Positions 14,169-27,923 of a stretch of 64,000 nucleotides of DNA are shown here, in pieces. Position numbers and translations under genes: made by a program. Origin of the DNA: Podarcis melisellensis (lineage: Eukaryota). Below the pieces are notes generated by a model. That model was not told the DNA's origin. It ran no database searches and saw only the letters and a list, made by a program, of their open reading frames with translations. The stretch's first letter is position 1; the number at the start of each line of letters is the position of its first letter. The stretch is taken from the NCBI GenBank assembly GCA_964234715.1, contig OZ174284.1; one strand, 5' to 3'.

Positions 14169-14288
14169 TTACATGACAGATGGAGGACTCAACCTGTATA
14201 CAAGAAGCTTGAACCGAATTCCAGACATAGCAGCCTCCCGAGATGTTATTCAAAGAGGGGTTCATGATGTGACGGTGGATGCAGACAG
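14169..14288 (+). CDS. NAV3: NAV3 internal coding exon (120 nt, YMTDGGLNLYTRSLNRIPDIAASRDVIQRGVHDVTVDADS)
   Basis: ttttcag|T acceptor, ACAG|gtaat donor; manually translated, phase 2-2; too short for the ORF track. Confidence 0.95.
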
Positions 14289-15423
14289 GTAATACCTCCC
14301 TTTATTGTCTAAAAAACACACACCCAAACAAACAACAAATTATTACAGAGACCTTTGAAAGGCTGTTGACATTCTGCAGTGCAAGGCGTAACATTTTTAT
14401 ATGGAAATCTGTGAATCTGTACCTAACAGGTTAAGCAGACATAAGAAATGATAAAGAGAAATCAAGATAGAATTGCGAATCAGAAGCTGTGGACAGAATA
14501 CAGTTATTCCTGAAATACCCTAGCCTATGTGGGAGAAAAGCAATGCTTAAACAAGATCCCTTGCACCAGCAGCCACAGGGCAGGGGATCCCTATGGCTTG
14601 GTGCCTAAAACACAACAAAAAATGCCAAACAATCAAAACAGTTGGAAAAATTATGGTTCATCAACTGTAACTACTTGGTTTTTTTATCATGAAGTATAAA
14701 TGCATGGGACAGTAGGAAATGAAGATGGAGCACCTCCTTGCTAAAAATGTGTGACACCTATTACTGACATTGTTTTTTCTTGTGTATCATATGATTGCCA
14801 GAGTTTAAACTGGCATTTTTAGCAGGAAAGAGTTTAAAGTGGCTCTTGCATGTATTTTCACTTTCTGATTTATTTTTTTATTCCACCATATGTGCATGAC
14901 GCACAGTGAGTGCATGTGTGGTGCAGCCCACTGGCCGGTTTTTAAAATGGGAACTGTAGCCTCCAGATTAAAAAATGTTTACTGTTCCTGTTTTTAAGGC
15001 TTCCTAAAGTTCTTGCGCCATCTGCTACTGGATAGAGGATTTGGCAGTTGTCTTGGGCTCAGTTCAGGCTAATCTGCTGTGTTTTCTCAGCCAAACCACA
15101 GTCAACATAACAGTTTAACAATAAAATGTCCAGATTTCACTGATATTTTAGTAACAAGCTTCTGAACTTTTAACTGATAGATTGAATGGCAGTATCATTT
15201 ATCTTTTCCTGCAAAAAAAATCCATGCACTGATCAATTTTATGTTTGTTTTGTGTATGTTTATGTGTTTTGTAAAGGCAGCCAGAGACAGGTTATTATTC
15301 AGACCTCCATTAAATCCTTTTGGGGTGGGGTAGGAGGGTGCATGAAAGGAGTGCTGCCCCCTCCCCCCGAAGAACAGTCCCAGTGTTCTTGAGATGCTCT
15401 GTTTGTCTTCTGTTACCCTCCCA

Positions 15424-15790
15424 GACGCGGGTGGCACTGTGGTCTAAATCACAGAGCTTAGGGCTTGCCGATCAGAAGGTTGGCTGTTCAAATCCTCACA
15501 ATGGGGTGAGCTCCACTTGTTTGGTCCCAGCTCCTACCCACCTAGCAATTTGAAAGCACGTCAAGTGCAAGTAGATAAATAGATACTGCTCTGGCGGGAA
15601 GGTAAACAGTGTTTCTGTGCGCTGCTCTGGTTCACCAGAAGTGGCTTAGTCATGCTGGCCACATGACCTGGAAGCTGTCTGCGGACAAAACGTCAGCTCC
15701 CTCGACCTATAGAGCGAGATGAGCGGTGCAACCCCAGAGTCATCAGTGACTGGACCTGACGGTCAGGGGTACTTTTATCTTTACCTTTAC
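15424..15790 (+). mobile_element. Sauria SINE, full length
   Basis: Colinear with the copy at 568-917; ACCTTT tail; flanking CTCCCAG repeat. Confidence 0.9.
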
Positions 15791-16930
15791 TCTCCCAGTC
15801 ATCACTGTCAGAGAAAGAGGATACAGTGGTTTATGGTGCAGCAGCCAGAGTCTAACTCAGGTGCATTTCATTTGTGGCCATGGAGTAACAAAAAGATACT
15901 TGTTTTATTTCATTGAAAAACTGAGTCCTAGTTAATTGTTATTGTTTTACACACCGGCATTTAAAAACACAATGTTGCTGGGATTTCTAAATTGCATTTG
16001 ATATCCATTAAGGTATTTTCTTTTTATGTGTTAGGGTGACAGTTGGTAAAGATAAAGGTTTGTTAAGGAGAAAGTGCTTACAGGTATGCCTTAAATTGTA
16101 ATCTTTGCAGACTCTCTGCTACAAAAATTGTTCATGGCACTGGCACTCTGCTTCTTTCCTTGATTTCTGCTTCACTCCCACATTTGCCTTTAAATGGTTA
16201 TAAATTATTTGCTTGGAGGCTAGATTTTAATTTTGATTATCCTAGTTGAGGGGAAGATTTAGAAGAGTTAGAATTTTGTGTGTGTCCCATTATTGCAGGA
16301 GAAATTGTCGATCTGTGTGGCACAGCAGGGAGTCTCAGCTGCTCGGTGCCTTGAGTGCACCTGCAGTGCAAGCATTTTTTCCTGCAACTGATTACTCTGG
16401 GAAGAAAACAGATCCATAGTCTGTCTCTAATTAAACCTTTAATATCGCAGCAAGATTTTGACCATTCACTAAGTTACTCTGGGTTTAATTGTGTGAATAA
16501 TTTGTGTGAATGTCCTCATTGTGACTGTATATATATTTGATTTTGGGAATCAGGAAATATACCATACTCCTTAGGTCAGCTTTCCCCAAACCTGGTGCCC
16601 TCTGGATGCTTTGGGCAGAATAGACTGTGGTAAGAGATGATGGGAGCTTTACTCATCTGTCAAAGTTAGCCTGCAGGGTAGAGGTGGAGCTGTCTCCCTC
16701 CAGCCTGTGTTGGTGCTAAACCCAAATACTCAGGTAGGCACAGCTGAGTCAGATTGAGTCTGCCCAGTATTGCCCACCCAGGTTTCAGTAATACATTAAA
16801 GGTCTGCTGCCTCACCCAGGATCCAATTGTGAATGAGCATAGGCCTCTTGTGAACCAATCTGCAATTTAAAGGCCTACTTCCAGGCAGGAGGGCATGGCG
16901 ACACTAACCAGGGTCTTGCTAATTCTAATA

Positions 16931-17169
16931 CAGTGGTACCTCGGTTTCGGAACTTAATCCGTTCCGGAAGTCCATTCTTAAACCAAAGCCATTCTTAAAC
17001 CAAGGGGCTTTCCCTAATGAGGCCTCCCACCACCAGTGCCCTTCCACCATTCGGCTTCCATTTGTAAACTGAGGTAAAATTCGCTAACCGGGACACCACT
17101 TCCAGATTTGCGGAGTTCATATACTGAATATTTCATAAACAGGGCTGTTCTTAAACCGAGGTACCACTG
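16931..17169. mobile_element. Tigger/pogo-like MITE, 239 bp
   Basis: TA|CAGTGGTACCTCGGTTT ... AAACCGAGGTACCACTG|TA perfect 17-bp TIR. Confidence 0.9.
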
Positions 17170-19639
17170 TACTCTACAATTCTATGATTCTATGATTCTC
17201 CAGAGGCTGAGGTATAAGGGGTTGTGTCAAAGGCTTAATATAAAGGTGGATTTTGAGGAATTGAAGTAAGAAGTAAGACAAGTAGCATCGCACAGAAGTT
17301 CTGGAAGGCAATTTTAGGCATGAGGTCTAAAAAGAGCAAAATAGTGGAAACAAAATACTTCTTGGTGGCTGAAGATGGTCATGGGCAGGTGTGTACTGTG
17401 ATATAAGAGCAGAGGCAGGAGAAAAGCCATGGAGGACTTTGAATGCAAGAAGGAAGACAGATTACCACTAGTCAATCTGACAACTAATTTTAAGTTCAGA
17501 CATAGATGAGAGAATGTGATGAGTGGTGGTGCTGATTAATATGAAGATGATATTTAAAACTCAAAAACAACAGCAGAATGGGGACTAGGGCAAGAATGAA
17601 CAAACATGGAAGGAATGAGCAAACAAGAAAAGAACTTTCAGTCCCAGAAGCTTGGTATAATCGTAGATCAACTTGTCAGACCATGATGATCTAGTCAAAG
17701 AAGAAAAACCACAGGTCACAGCAGAGAACATAACTTGCTGTTTATGGTTGCAAAGAGAACGCTGTTGTATGTTAACCTCTTTCTTTGAAGAGCTTTCTTT
17801 CATTCTTATCTGACACTTTCTGTTTTGTAAATCTAAATTATGTCACATCTAAGCTCCTTTTGATCTGTGGAGCAGAAGACAAGCCTCCCTCTTCAATAGG
17901 TTCTCATAACAGAGGTTTTTTCAGTCTTACCACCCTTGTTTTCAGTCCCCTGAGCCAAGTTTCTTTTAATAACAAATGTTTGCTACAGTAAAGCTTGCAG
18001 TTTGTTCCCTTTTGAAGTTTCAGCCTTAATCACAACTGTATCTAATTGTTAAAACATGCAACTTCCCATATCCCCTGCTTGCTGTACATAAATAAACAAT
18101 CTTGTCACAATAATGTAAGCGGGCTCAGATGCATAAAATTAACAATAGATTTTACAAAAGCTTCTTTGTACTAGTAGGTAAATACTCTTGGTATTTAATG
18201 CTACTAAATGGATAAGTTTATCTCTAGGATAAAGCTCTTTGAAAAAGAAATCATTAAATAACTCCGGGTGATTGAAACTTGCACAGAAGAGCAAACATGA
18301 CTCATATTGGTTCTAATGGTAGTATTATGGAGAGCAGCTGCCTTTGATTTGGGGCACACTGTGACATAGATTGGATAGATGCAAGGGCTAAATGGCCACT
18401 TTGGATTATGTGATTCTGTTTAACATTATGCAGGTATTGTGACTGTGCACCTAAGCAGTTAAATATTTTTAGTCACTTTGGAACAATTATACCTGGGAAC
18501 ATTTTTCAAGCTGAAACCATAATATAAAATGGTTGGCTACACTAGATACTGCTGAGTGGGTAAATTCATTAAAGCAAAAATTGCTTTATTGGATTTTAAA
18601 GGAACGTGTAGCTTTGAAAATAATTGCACTGCCTTGGGATGAATAATAATTGATGGAGCAGGTATTTGCCATTCCTCGTGGTGTTTTATCCAGAAATATG
18701 CCTTAAAAGTCTTAGAACTTTTTGCTAAACATAGTCCTCAATTTTAAAGAGGCATACCTTATTTGCTTGTGCATGAGATAAACTGTTGGCCCAGTGGCAA
18801 ATTGTCCAGGAGGGGTGATAATGAAAAAATTGCAAAGATGAAAGGCAGCAGAGACATTTTGTGGATTATTTATTAATGGTTTCTTTAAATATCCTAGGAA
18901 TAGATATTTCGTACCAGTCTGAATAAAGAGTATTTAAACACAGCACTGCCCGTGGAAGGCTTTTGCAACTTTGTATGTTAGGCAGGAGAGCAACTAGCTG
19001 GCTTGATGATAAAACCTAATTTAGTACATTCAGAGCTTATGAATCTAGACTTAACAATACTTGCTGATTAGTTAAATAGATGACAGCAGCTCTGGTTTTT
19101 CACTTAGTGCAAACATTACTGAGAGATGCAGTAGAGGTTTGTTCTCAGAGAGCTGTATTATGTCACTTGCTGGTAAAGCGTCCAGGAGAAGCTTTGGCCA
19201 GTCTAACCCTGCCGCACATAGTTGGGAGGTACTGCAAGCAGAACTTGGAATACCTGTGCGAAGCCTTCTAGTCTCCATGTTAATTCTGTAGGAAATTTAT
19301 GCCCAAGTCAGACTGGGTGTGTAATAGTTTTTCAGGAATCTACGTACTCACACTGACATTTGCAGGGCTGTTCAAATGGCTGCTATAAAATATTTTGGAG
19401 CATATATGCATGTGGAACAGCTTAGGACCATGCTACTTAAATATATTCTCATCCCGTATGTACCCAAGTGATTACTGTGTTCTGGGGGACCCTGCAGATA
19501 CCATCCTATCAGGAAGTCCATTCCTCATGATGTCATAATTGGGTCTAACCAACGGAACACCCTCCATTATATCAGAAAGATATCTTCTTTTTGGCATCTG
19601 CGCTTTCAACAAGAAACCAAGCCTTACGAGGTATTGTTG

Positions 19640-20002
19640 AGGTAATTGGGCATGTTTAGCCTGGTGAAGAGAAAATTGAGAGGTGATGTGATAGCCAGAT
19701 TATCTGAAGGGCTGTCACATAGAGCAGGCTTGTTTTTTCTGCTGTTCCAGAGGGTAGGACACAGATCAATGGATTCAAATTACAAGAAAGGAGATTCTGA
19801 CTAAACAGTAGAAAGACTTTCTGCTGGTAAAATCTGTTTGGCAGTAGAAAGGACAACCTCAGAGTGTGGTGGACTCTCTTTCATTGGAGGTCTTTAAACA
19901 GAGATTGGATGGCCTTTTGTCAGAGATTTTTGCTGTGATTCCTGCTTTTCAGGGAACTAGATGGCCTTTAGCATCTCTTCCAGCTCTAGAATTCTATGAT
20001 CC
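19640..20002 (+). mobile_element. CR1 LINE 3' fragment
   Basis: GGGCATGTTTAGCCTGG.., [26 protein letters not shown] tail. Confidence 0.85.
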
Positions 20003-21464
20003 TACAGATCCTTCTAAATGGAGTTCTTCATTGCAGTTCATACTGGTGTTGGAATAGAAGTGACAATATTTGTGTGTGTGTGTTTATATATGTAAAACAG
20101 TTTTATTATATTGTGAATGACTTTGGGATGCCTCATGGAAATCAATTTGCAAATAAAATAACTAAACAAATAAATAATTTGGACCATATAAACTAACAGC
20201 CAAGTTAATTGGAAGAAGACTTTACTTACTGTAAGAGAAATACACCACTGATACCTTCAAGCAGATTTTAGGAAAATTAAAAATAATGATACAAATAGCC
20301 AGTTGTTGGTTTTTAAACAGTACATGTCTCATCTGCTATGAAATCTCAACAACTATTTGTTAGTTACAGCAGTCACAGCATGAAATGATGTACTTCTATC
20401 AGAGCAATGAATTGCCTTCAGCAATGTTTTGAAAAGGCTTTCTTTTAGGGAAAATATAGTATGCCTGGGAGGAAACTACTTAAAGGGAATTCAGAGCTTC
20501 TTAATGGCTGAGAATGTTTCTTCCTCTTTCTCTTCTATTAAAGGTTAGGTTTCTTGCATTACATGAATGTTGTACATGATCTGACTCTTTGTATGTTGTA
20601 CATGATCTGACTCTTCTGATGGCAAAAGTGTCTTTGAATTGATGATAGATTCTAAGTGGCTTCCTACCACTTTGAATGAAAATAGCTATTTCCTTCTTGT
20701 TTGGAACGCCTCCTTTGTTTTTAGGCAAAGAAACACCTTTAAAGTTAATGATAAATCAATGCTGTCAGGAAAAAGATTTGGTGAAGGAAGCAGGAATTAA
20801 TGTGATACTGTAACTGGACTTGTAAAATGTACACTTAAAAATGCAAGAGCACACTGAAGTTTCTAATGAAATCGTCGTTCAACCTCTCTGGTAAACAACA
20901 GTCCCATGTGTCTTTGGGGACCAAGGTCATTGGGCCTAGAGCACTCCAGTTTTTTTTGCGGGAGAGATAAACAGGGAAAGTGTAACTGCTGGGATTATCC
21001 TGGATCTTTCAGTGGTTTAGTAGTTCAACAGTAGTTCAACCATGGTACCCTTCTGGGATTACTAAGTACTGTTTTGCTGTGATTCTGGTCCTTCCTGCAT
21101 GGGTAAAGTCCCAGAAGGCATTGCTAGGGCCTGCTGCTCCACACTGTGGATTTTGATATAGGGGGTGATGCCACAGGATTCCAGTCTCCTTACTACCTAC
21201 CTGAAACCTCTTGAATCATAGGCTGATGGGAAAAATTTCAGACAACTTATGTTTACACATGTAACTGGGATATGAAAGATCCCATGAGGACTTGAGAGCA
21301 TGTATGCAATGTTTCTGTATAAGTCAGGGATGGAATACATATTGGGAAACAAGTTGCCAGCAGTGACCAGTATAAATTCTGTATAGCTGAATATCACCTT
21401 GGCAGTTTCTTTTTGCCATTAAAAAGTGTCCATATTGTGTTCTAATATTTTATTGCATTATTAT

Positions 21465-21678
21465 AATATTTTAATCCTGCCCTTCCTTCAAAGAGCTCAG
21501 AGTGCCATCCATGCCTCTCTTCCCACCTCCATTTTATTCAGCTCTGTGACGTAGGCCAGATTGAGAGATTGTTGCTGGCCCAAGGTCACCCAGTTAGCTT
21601 CATGGCTGAGTGGGGATTTGAACCTAATTCCCTCCAGTTATAATACCACCAATACTCTAGCCACTTTGCTACACTGGA
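21465..21678 (-). mobile_element. MIR-like CORE SINE
   Basis: GGCCCAAGGTCACCCAG..CTTCATGGCTGAGTGGGGATTTGAACC (reverse B box and core). Confidence 0.7.
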
Positions 21679-23512
21679 TCTCTACTTTTTAAAAAGTGCA
21701 TTTATTCATTTATTGGCTAACACTTTCTAGCACTGCTTTTTCTTTGGCATATTTACCGAATCTCTTTGTTATTCTCTCATGGATAGTGTTAGTTGATTAT
21801 TTTTGAAGTGTCCTTATCTTCTGCTTGCATGAGTTGATTGACTGTGTATTATTAATTGGCTGCCACTATCCCATGCTCCATTGAGAATACTAAAGTTCTA
21901 ATCTCTGATCTTTAAACAGTTTCTTATAATGTCATTTTGAAGCTCTCTTGCTTCCTGCATTTTTAAAACGGAAACAAATATCTTCTCGAAATAAGGCACA
22001 GTGTCTGGTTCCTCATCTTTGTTGTACACAAGTCAAAACTGAGCATTTTCATATTGTTCAGCCTCTCATCAAGTTTGAGCTCGTTTTGCCTGAGACTGAG
22101 TGCCTATTAAGAAATCATGAATAATAAGGAAATAGAGGCTAAGCGGTAAAAAGATTATAGTGTGGACAAAGTATCTGCACATGGAGAGGGCTCAGTAGAA
22201 CCCACTTTTTTATCTTTCTCTTTGGTATCATCCACTCTATTTAAAAGAGAGCAGTTTCATTTTCCAGAGGGCTGGCAGTGCAGCAAGGATTTTAAATAAC
22301 AGGATTTGCATGCCTGCATGTGCTGCCAGCCATCTGTAAAATCCAGCTTTTAAAATGTGTGTTTTTATTTTGCAAAAGGGGCCACTGAGAAAGTGTGGCC
22401 ATTTTATGACCAGCCACGCCTGGCCACTACTGTGGCATTTGGCATGTGGGAAGCAACAACTCAAGTTCTGTAGCCCATCAGCTGTGCATGAAACATTTTA
22501 CAGCATCTGTATGAAATATTTACATAAGCTCCACAATGTCAGTATGCATCCTGATCTAAGCAAAAGGTTAAGCGGAAATGACCTTAACAAATGGAGCAAC
22601 AATGTAACTGTGTTTTATAGCACATCAACAAGGAACCATGGCAAGCCTGTCTTGAAAGCTGGTGCATGGACAATGTCACTACACACTCAGAAAATGAAGT
22701 GGGGAAAGTGTACCATAGTGAATTAAGCAATATAAAAATGTTAATATTAGGATAATACTGCTATTTTAATGCTTGCTGTATGATTAATTAAGTAAATCCG
22801 CTCTTGACGGTTTTGTTCAGAGTTCCTAATTGTTATAACAAATATGGAGTGTTTGCTTGGCAAGAGGATCTCATATATCTTAAGTAGCCAGAGTATTATA
22901 CTTTAATTATATAATGATCATACCACTGTGATGTTTCTGCTACCATTTAATTAAAGGAGCAGTTATTCCGTGATGAATGAGTACTTTGGCATTAGTTTGA
23001 TTTTATTTGTTCGGTTTTGTTTTATCATTTTTGTTTAATTTACATTTCCTCTGACCTGTAAAACAATTGATGTTTTAATGTATCAGAAATTAAAAAACAC
23101 CTATGTGCCAGACACTACATAACTTTTAGCATGAACTCATGGTTTGAGACTGAGACCTAGCTAAGTGAACTACCTGGAAACACCACTGGTGAAGGGTCAT
23201 AAAGCCCTCATAAAGATGGAATAGGGGAAGCAGCATCGGTCTCTTTGATTGGCAGGCAATATGAAGCCCCCAGTTTGGTCAAAGCTGGCTGACAGCCACC
23301 TGACCTAGATTTTAGTATCACCGCTCACAATTCCAGCTTTATCAGCTCTGCTAAATTACCGTATTTATTATTTCTGGTTTTGATAGCCAGAGGTGTACAT
23401 AGACTCCCTTGTGCCCTTGGCAAGGAGATGTATCAGCACCCTGCCATCTCCATTGGGGGGGGGACCATGACATAATTCATTTACCAAATGACTCTTAAAC
23501 TAGGTGTTTAAC

Positions 23513-23603
23513 AGCACAATCCTATAAACATCAACTCAGAAGTAAATCGCACCCAATTCGGTGGTGCTTACTCTCAGGAAAGTGGGTACATGGGACTGCA
23601 GCC
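23513..23603. mobile_element. Short palindromic MITE (probably PIF/Harbinger type), decayed
   Basis: CAATCCTA..CTCAGAAGTAA..TTACTCTCAGG..GGACTGCAGCC hairpin pattern; related pieces near 36085 and 60190. Confidence 0.45.
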
Positions 23604-26293
23604 TAAATCCAGCAAGCCAGAGGCAAGAACTTCTGATAATACCTCGCTTGCCTTTTCATTACTTCTGACAAGGCACCAGCAGAATGGCACTGGCTTTGGA
23701 GGTTGTACCTCAGTGCACACTTTATTCAAAAGTAACCCCCGTTTTAGTCAATGACCCTTGCTCTCTAGTAAACATGCAGCAATGCACAAGCTGGAAATTG
23801 GTCAAGGCAGGAAAGAACCCAGGGAAAAGTGACTCGGCTGTGGTAAATTAAGAGCCTAGCTTGACATATCTCAGTCACCACATCTGCTGAAAGGCTGCCT
23901 CATGGCAAGCAGGGGGAGTGGAGGGTGAGAAGCCATGTTAGGATGGAAGGCCAAGCAGTGGCGTCCTTACAGGGAGCCCCACTGCACAAACTACCATTGC
24001 TGCTGGCCAACTGGGAAGGGGTTCCACATGCCAGTGTCTGGATTCCCCTGAGGTGCTGAGAGAGGCACAATTTTTGCTCTCCCTGCCTGCACCCTTGGTG
24101 GCAGCCAACTCCAAGATTTGCCCCTGTTGATGGCACAGTGTGTGGCCCTTGAATTCTTCCTCAACATCAGTCACTGTTCTGTACTCTTCTAGCCTCCATT
24201 CCAATATAAAATCTCTTTAGCTGCCAAGACTTATCCTTTCTCTGCCTTACATTAGTTCTGTGCTCCCCAAGCAAGACCATACTTTCATGCAATTTGCTGG
24301 GAAAATCCAAAATTAAAATGCATGCAAACTGTCCATAAAGAATAGAGCTCACACCTATTTTGTATTTGGGAATGTGCTTCCATAAAGCTCCGATCCCTAC
24401 TGCGGCATCCATTTAATGGTTCCAGCAACTGCAACTCAACAGGAAATCGCCCTAAAAGTATATTCTCACTTGTCGGCATAAAGTTGTGATATATTGTGAT
24501 AATGAAGAACTCTGAAATGCAAAAGCAGCATTCTGAATTAAAACAAATTGCTTCTTGTTTAATCTAGATCTCTGCATCATGATTTGTCTTTGCAAATGCT
24601 AATGTCAGCTTTGTTGGTTTTCTCTTAACATTTCCAGCAACTTGATTTCCACAGCTTGCACAGGCAGTTTGGAAATTAAAAAGACCATGTCCAAGATAGC
24701 TATCACAGAATGCAGTCAAAGCATGCATGAGTCACAAACAAAGCAAAATAACGTCGGCGGATTAAGTGCAAAAAATATGAACAGACTGAGGAAGACATTC
24801 CTCAGAAATGAAATGTGAATATAAAAGTAGATCCCTGCATAAATGGAAATAGTGGTAAGATTCAAAATACTGTATTCAGTATAAATATTTAGCATAAATT
24901 ATGCTAAATGCATTATATCCACACTGATTTCAGATTGTTTTAAGAAAATATTAGATTTAGGTCTACTGTCCTCTCCCCACTTAAATCCATGCTAGCAGGA
25001 CAGAGGGGAAATGGCTGTTGGATTTCCTTGCAGATATTCATGAAGCACCTACACTTGTTTTTCAGGTAAGATAAGGGGAAATAGATGTGAAAAGGGGAAA
25101 GAACTTAAGTTGGATTCTCCAAATATGAAAGGACCGGCGTTGTGAAACAATATGCTGTTTGTCGGAAGCTTCTCTAATAATTTAACACAAAAGGGGAGTC
25201 AACAGCTGGAAGCAACTGCAGGGCCAAGGAGCATAGCTGCTCTGGAAGTAGGCAGTGTCAAAACACACCTCTGCTACAGCAGTGCTGTCACCTCATGTTC
25301 ACCCAGAAATCTCAGCACAGGCTTTTTCTAATAGCGCTGAAGGAAAATTTTCAGCGGCAAACATGTCATCTGTGACATAAATTCGACATAGGGTCACTGA
25401 GGAATTCTTTTTATATCAGTGGGAAGCATTGCTTGAAAGCAGACAGAGCTTCCCATGGCTATGCATTTGCATTTTGTTTACAGTTGTATGCATGCACATA
25501 TAGCGTCTTATCTCTAACTCTAAATATCCAATAAAATTATATTGTTCTTTCCATAAGTGTTCAGGTACAGTTTCCTGAAAAATACTGCAGAGGGTCTAAC
25601 CTCCCCCCCCCCCCGCCCCATTACATTTATTTGCAGAATTGAAAAATAACTGGGGCAACATGCAATGGAAATGATAGCATTTCAAAATAAGTACTAAAAC
25701 GTCATTCTTTCCACAATCTAAAAGAAAGCTGGGCAATAAGAAAACAAGTGCTGAATCATTATTAATGGTGTTTTTGCTCCCAGCACGCTATTAATGTATC
25801 ACTATTATAATTGGAATAGCCTCACATCCTAATGTCAAAAAAATCCAATAACATTTTAAAATTGAAAAATGAAAGCATTTGATAAGAACATAATGTTTAG
25901 ATTCATTTTCTCCATTTGCAGTATGGTTTTTCAACTTACACTACCACATGCAAGTCACTAATTCTAATGCAGCCAATGTTAGGTTATTCATTGAGATGAC
26001 AACAGTGCTAATGAAATACATTTTGCATTAATGGCTCAATTATAACACCAAAGATCACTTTGTTCCTGTTAAAACCACTGGTCCCCTCCCCCCACTGCAA
26101 ATAGAGGCAAATAGTGAATTAGGTCTATACCAGTGTTTCCCAACCTTTTTTGGGCAAAGGCACACTTGTTTCATGAAAAAAATCTCGAGGCACACCACCA
26201 TTAGAAAATGTTTAAAAAATTAACTCTGTGCCTATATTGACTATATATAAAGTAACTCTCTTTAATAGGCATCAAATAAACACAAAGAAAGTA

Positions 26294-26372
26294 CCGTATT
26301 TTTCGCCCCATAGGACACACTTTTTCCCCTCCAAAAATAAAGGGGAAATGTGTGTGCGTCCTATGGGGCGAA
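26294..26372. mobile_element. Orphan Tc2-like mariner terminus inside the hAT element
   Basis: TA|CCGTATTTTTCGCCCCATAGGAC plus subterminal inverted copy GTCCTATGGGGCGAA; similar to the TIR at 28937. Confidence 0.7.
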
Positions 26373-26456
26373 TGCAGGCTTTCTCTGAAGCCTGGAGAGC
26401 AAGAGGCATCGGTGCGCACCGACCCCTCTCGCTCTCCAGGCTTCAGGAAGCTGTCC

Positions 26457-27923
26457 GCAAGCCTTGCACGCCCGGCAGGAGCTCCCGCCCAGCGCGCGAG
26501 GCTTGGGGCGGCAGCCTGTTGCCCAAAGCACAGGGAGCCCTCCGGAGGGCTCCCTGTGCTTCGGGCGAGTGTTTGCAAGCCTTGCGCCCGGCAGGAGCTC
26601 CTGCCAGGCGCGCAAGGCTTGGGGCGGCAGCCTGTTGCCCGAAACACGCGGAGCCCTCCGGAGGGTGCCCCGTGCTTCGGGCGAGTGTCTGCAACCCTGC
26701 GCACCCGGCAGGAGCTCCTGCCAGGCGCGCAAGGCTTGGGGCGGCAGCCTGTTGCCCGAAGCACAGGGAGCCCTCCGGAGGGCTCCCCGTGCTTCGGGCG
26801 AGTGTCTGCAAGCCTTGCACGCCTGGCAGGAGCTCCCGCCAGGCGCGCAAGGCTTGGGGCGGCAGCCTGTTGCCCGAAACACGCAGAGCCCTCCGGAGGG
26901 TGCCCCGTGCTTCGGGCGAGTGTCTGCAAGCCTTGCGTGCCCGGCAGGAGCTCCCGCCAGGCGCGCAAGGCTTGGGGCGGCAGCCTGTTGCCCGAAGCAC
27001 AGGGAGCCCTCCGGAGGGCTCCCCATGCTTCGGGCGAGTGTCTGCAAGCCTTGCACGCCTGGCAGGAGCTCCTGCCAGGCGCGCAAGGCTTGGGGCGGCA
27101 GCCTGTTGCCCGAAGCACAGGGAGCCCTCCGGAGGGCTCCCCGTGCTTCGGGCGAGTGTCTGCAAGCCTTGCGCGCCCGGCAGGAGCTCCCGCCAGGTGC
27201 GCAAGGCTTGGGGCGGCAGCCTGTTGCCCGAAGCACAGGGAGCCCTCCGGAGGGCTCCCCGTGCTTCGGGCGAGTGTCTGCAAGCCTTGCGCGCCCGGCA
27301 GGAGCTCCCGCCAGGCGCGCAAGGCTTGGGGCGGCAGCCTGTTGCCTGAAGCACAGGGAGCCCTCCGGAGGGCTCCCCGTGCTTCGGGCGAGTGTCTGCA
27401 AGCCTTGCACGCCTGGCAGGAGCTCCCGCCAGGCGCGCAAGGCTTGGGGCGGCAGCCTGTTGCCCGAAGCACGCGGAGCCCTCCGGAGGGCTCCCCGTGC
27501 TTCGGGCGAGTGTCTGCAAGCCTTGCGCGCCCGGCAGGAGCTCCCGCCAGGCCGCAAGGCTTGGGGCGGCAGCCTGTTGCCCGAAGCACAGGGAGCCCTC
27601 CGGAGGGCTCCCCGTGCTTCGGGCGAGTGTCTGCAAGCCTTGCGCGCCCGGCAGGAGCTCCCGCCAGGCGCGCAAGGCTTGGGGCAGCAGCCTGTTGCCC
27701 GAAGCACAGGGAGCCCTCCGGAGGGCTCCCCGTGCTTCGGGCGAGTGTCTGCAAGCCTTGCGCGCCCGGCAGGAGCTCCCGCTGGGCGCGCGAGGCTTGG
27801 GGCGGCAGCCTGTTGCCCGAAGCATGCGGAGCCCTCCGAAGGGCGCCCCGTGCTCCGCGCTGCCAGCTGCCGCCTGCAAGCCTTGCGCTCCCGGGGGGAG
27901 ATCCCCCGGTGCGCAAGACTTGC
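26457..27923. repeat. Tandem array of 12 full copies plus 1 degenerate copy of a 118-bp GC-rich double-palindrome unit
   Basis: Unit starts at 26457, 26575, 26691, 26808, 26926, 27044, 27162, 27280, 27398, 27516, 27633, 27751, 27876. Confidence 0.97.

Noticed and set aside
20567-20615. 23-bp direct repeat with 26-bp period (also ~15-bp x3 repeat at 49580-49625)
   Set aside because: Ordinary local slippage duplications with no further structure
26457-27923. CRISPR-like array of palindromic repeats
   Set aside because: Spacers are identical rather than unique, the context is a vertebrate intron, and there are no cas genes
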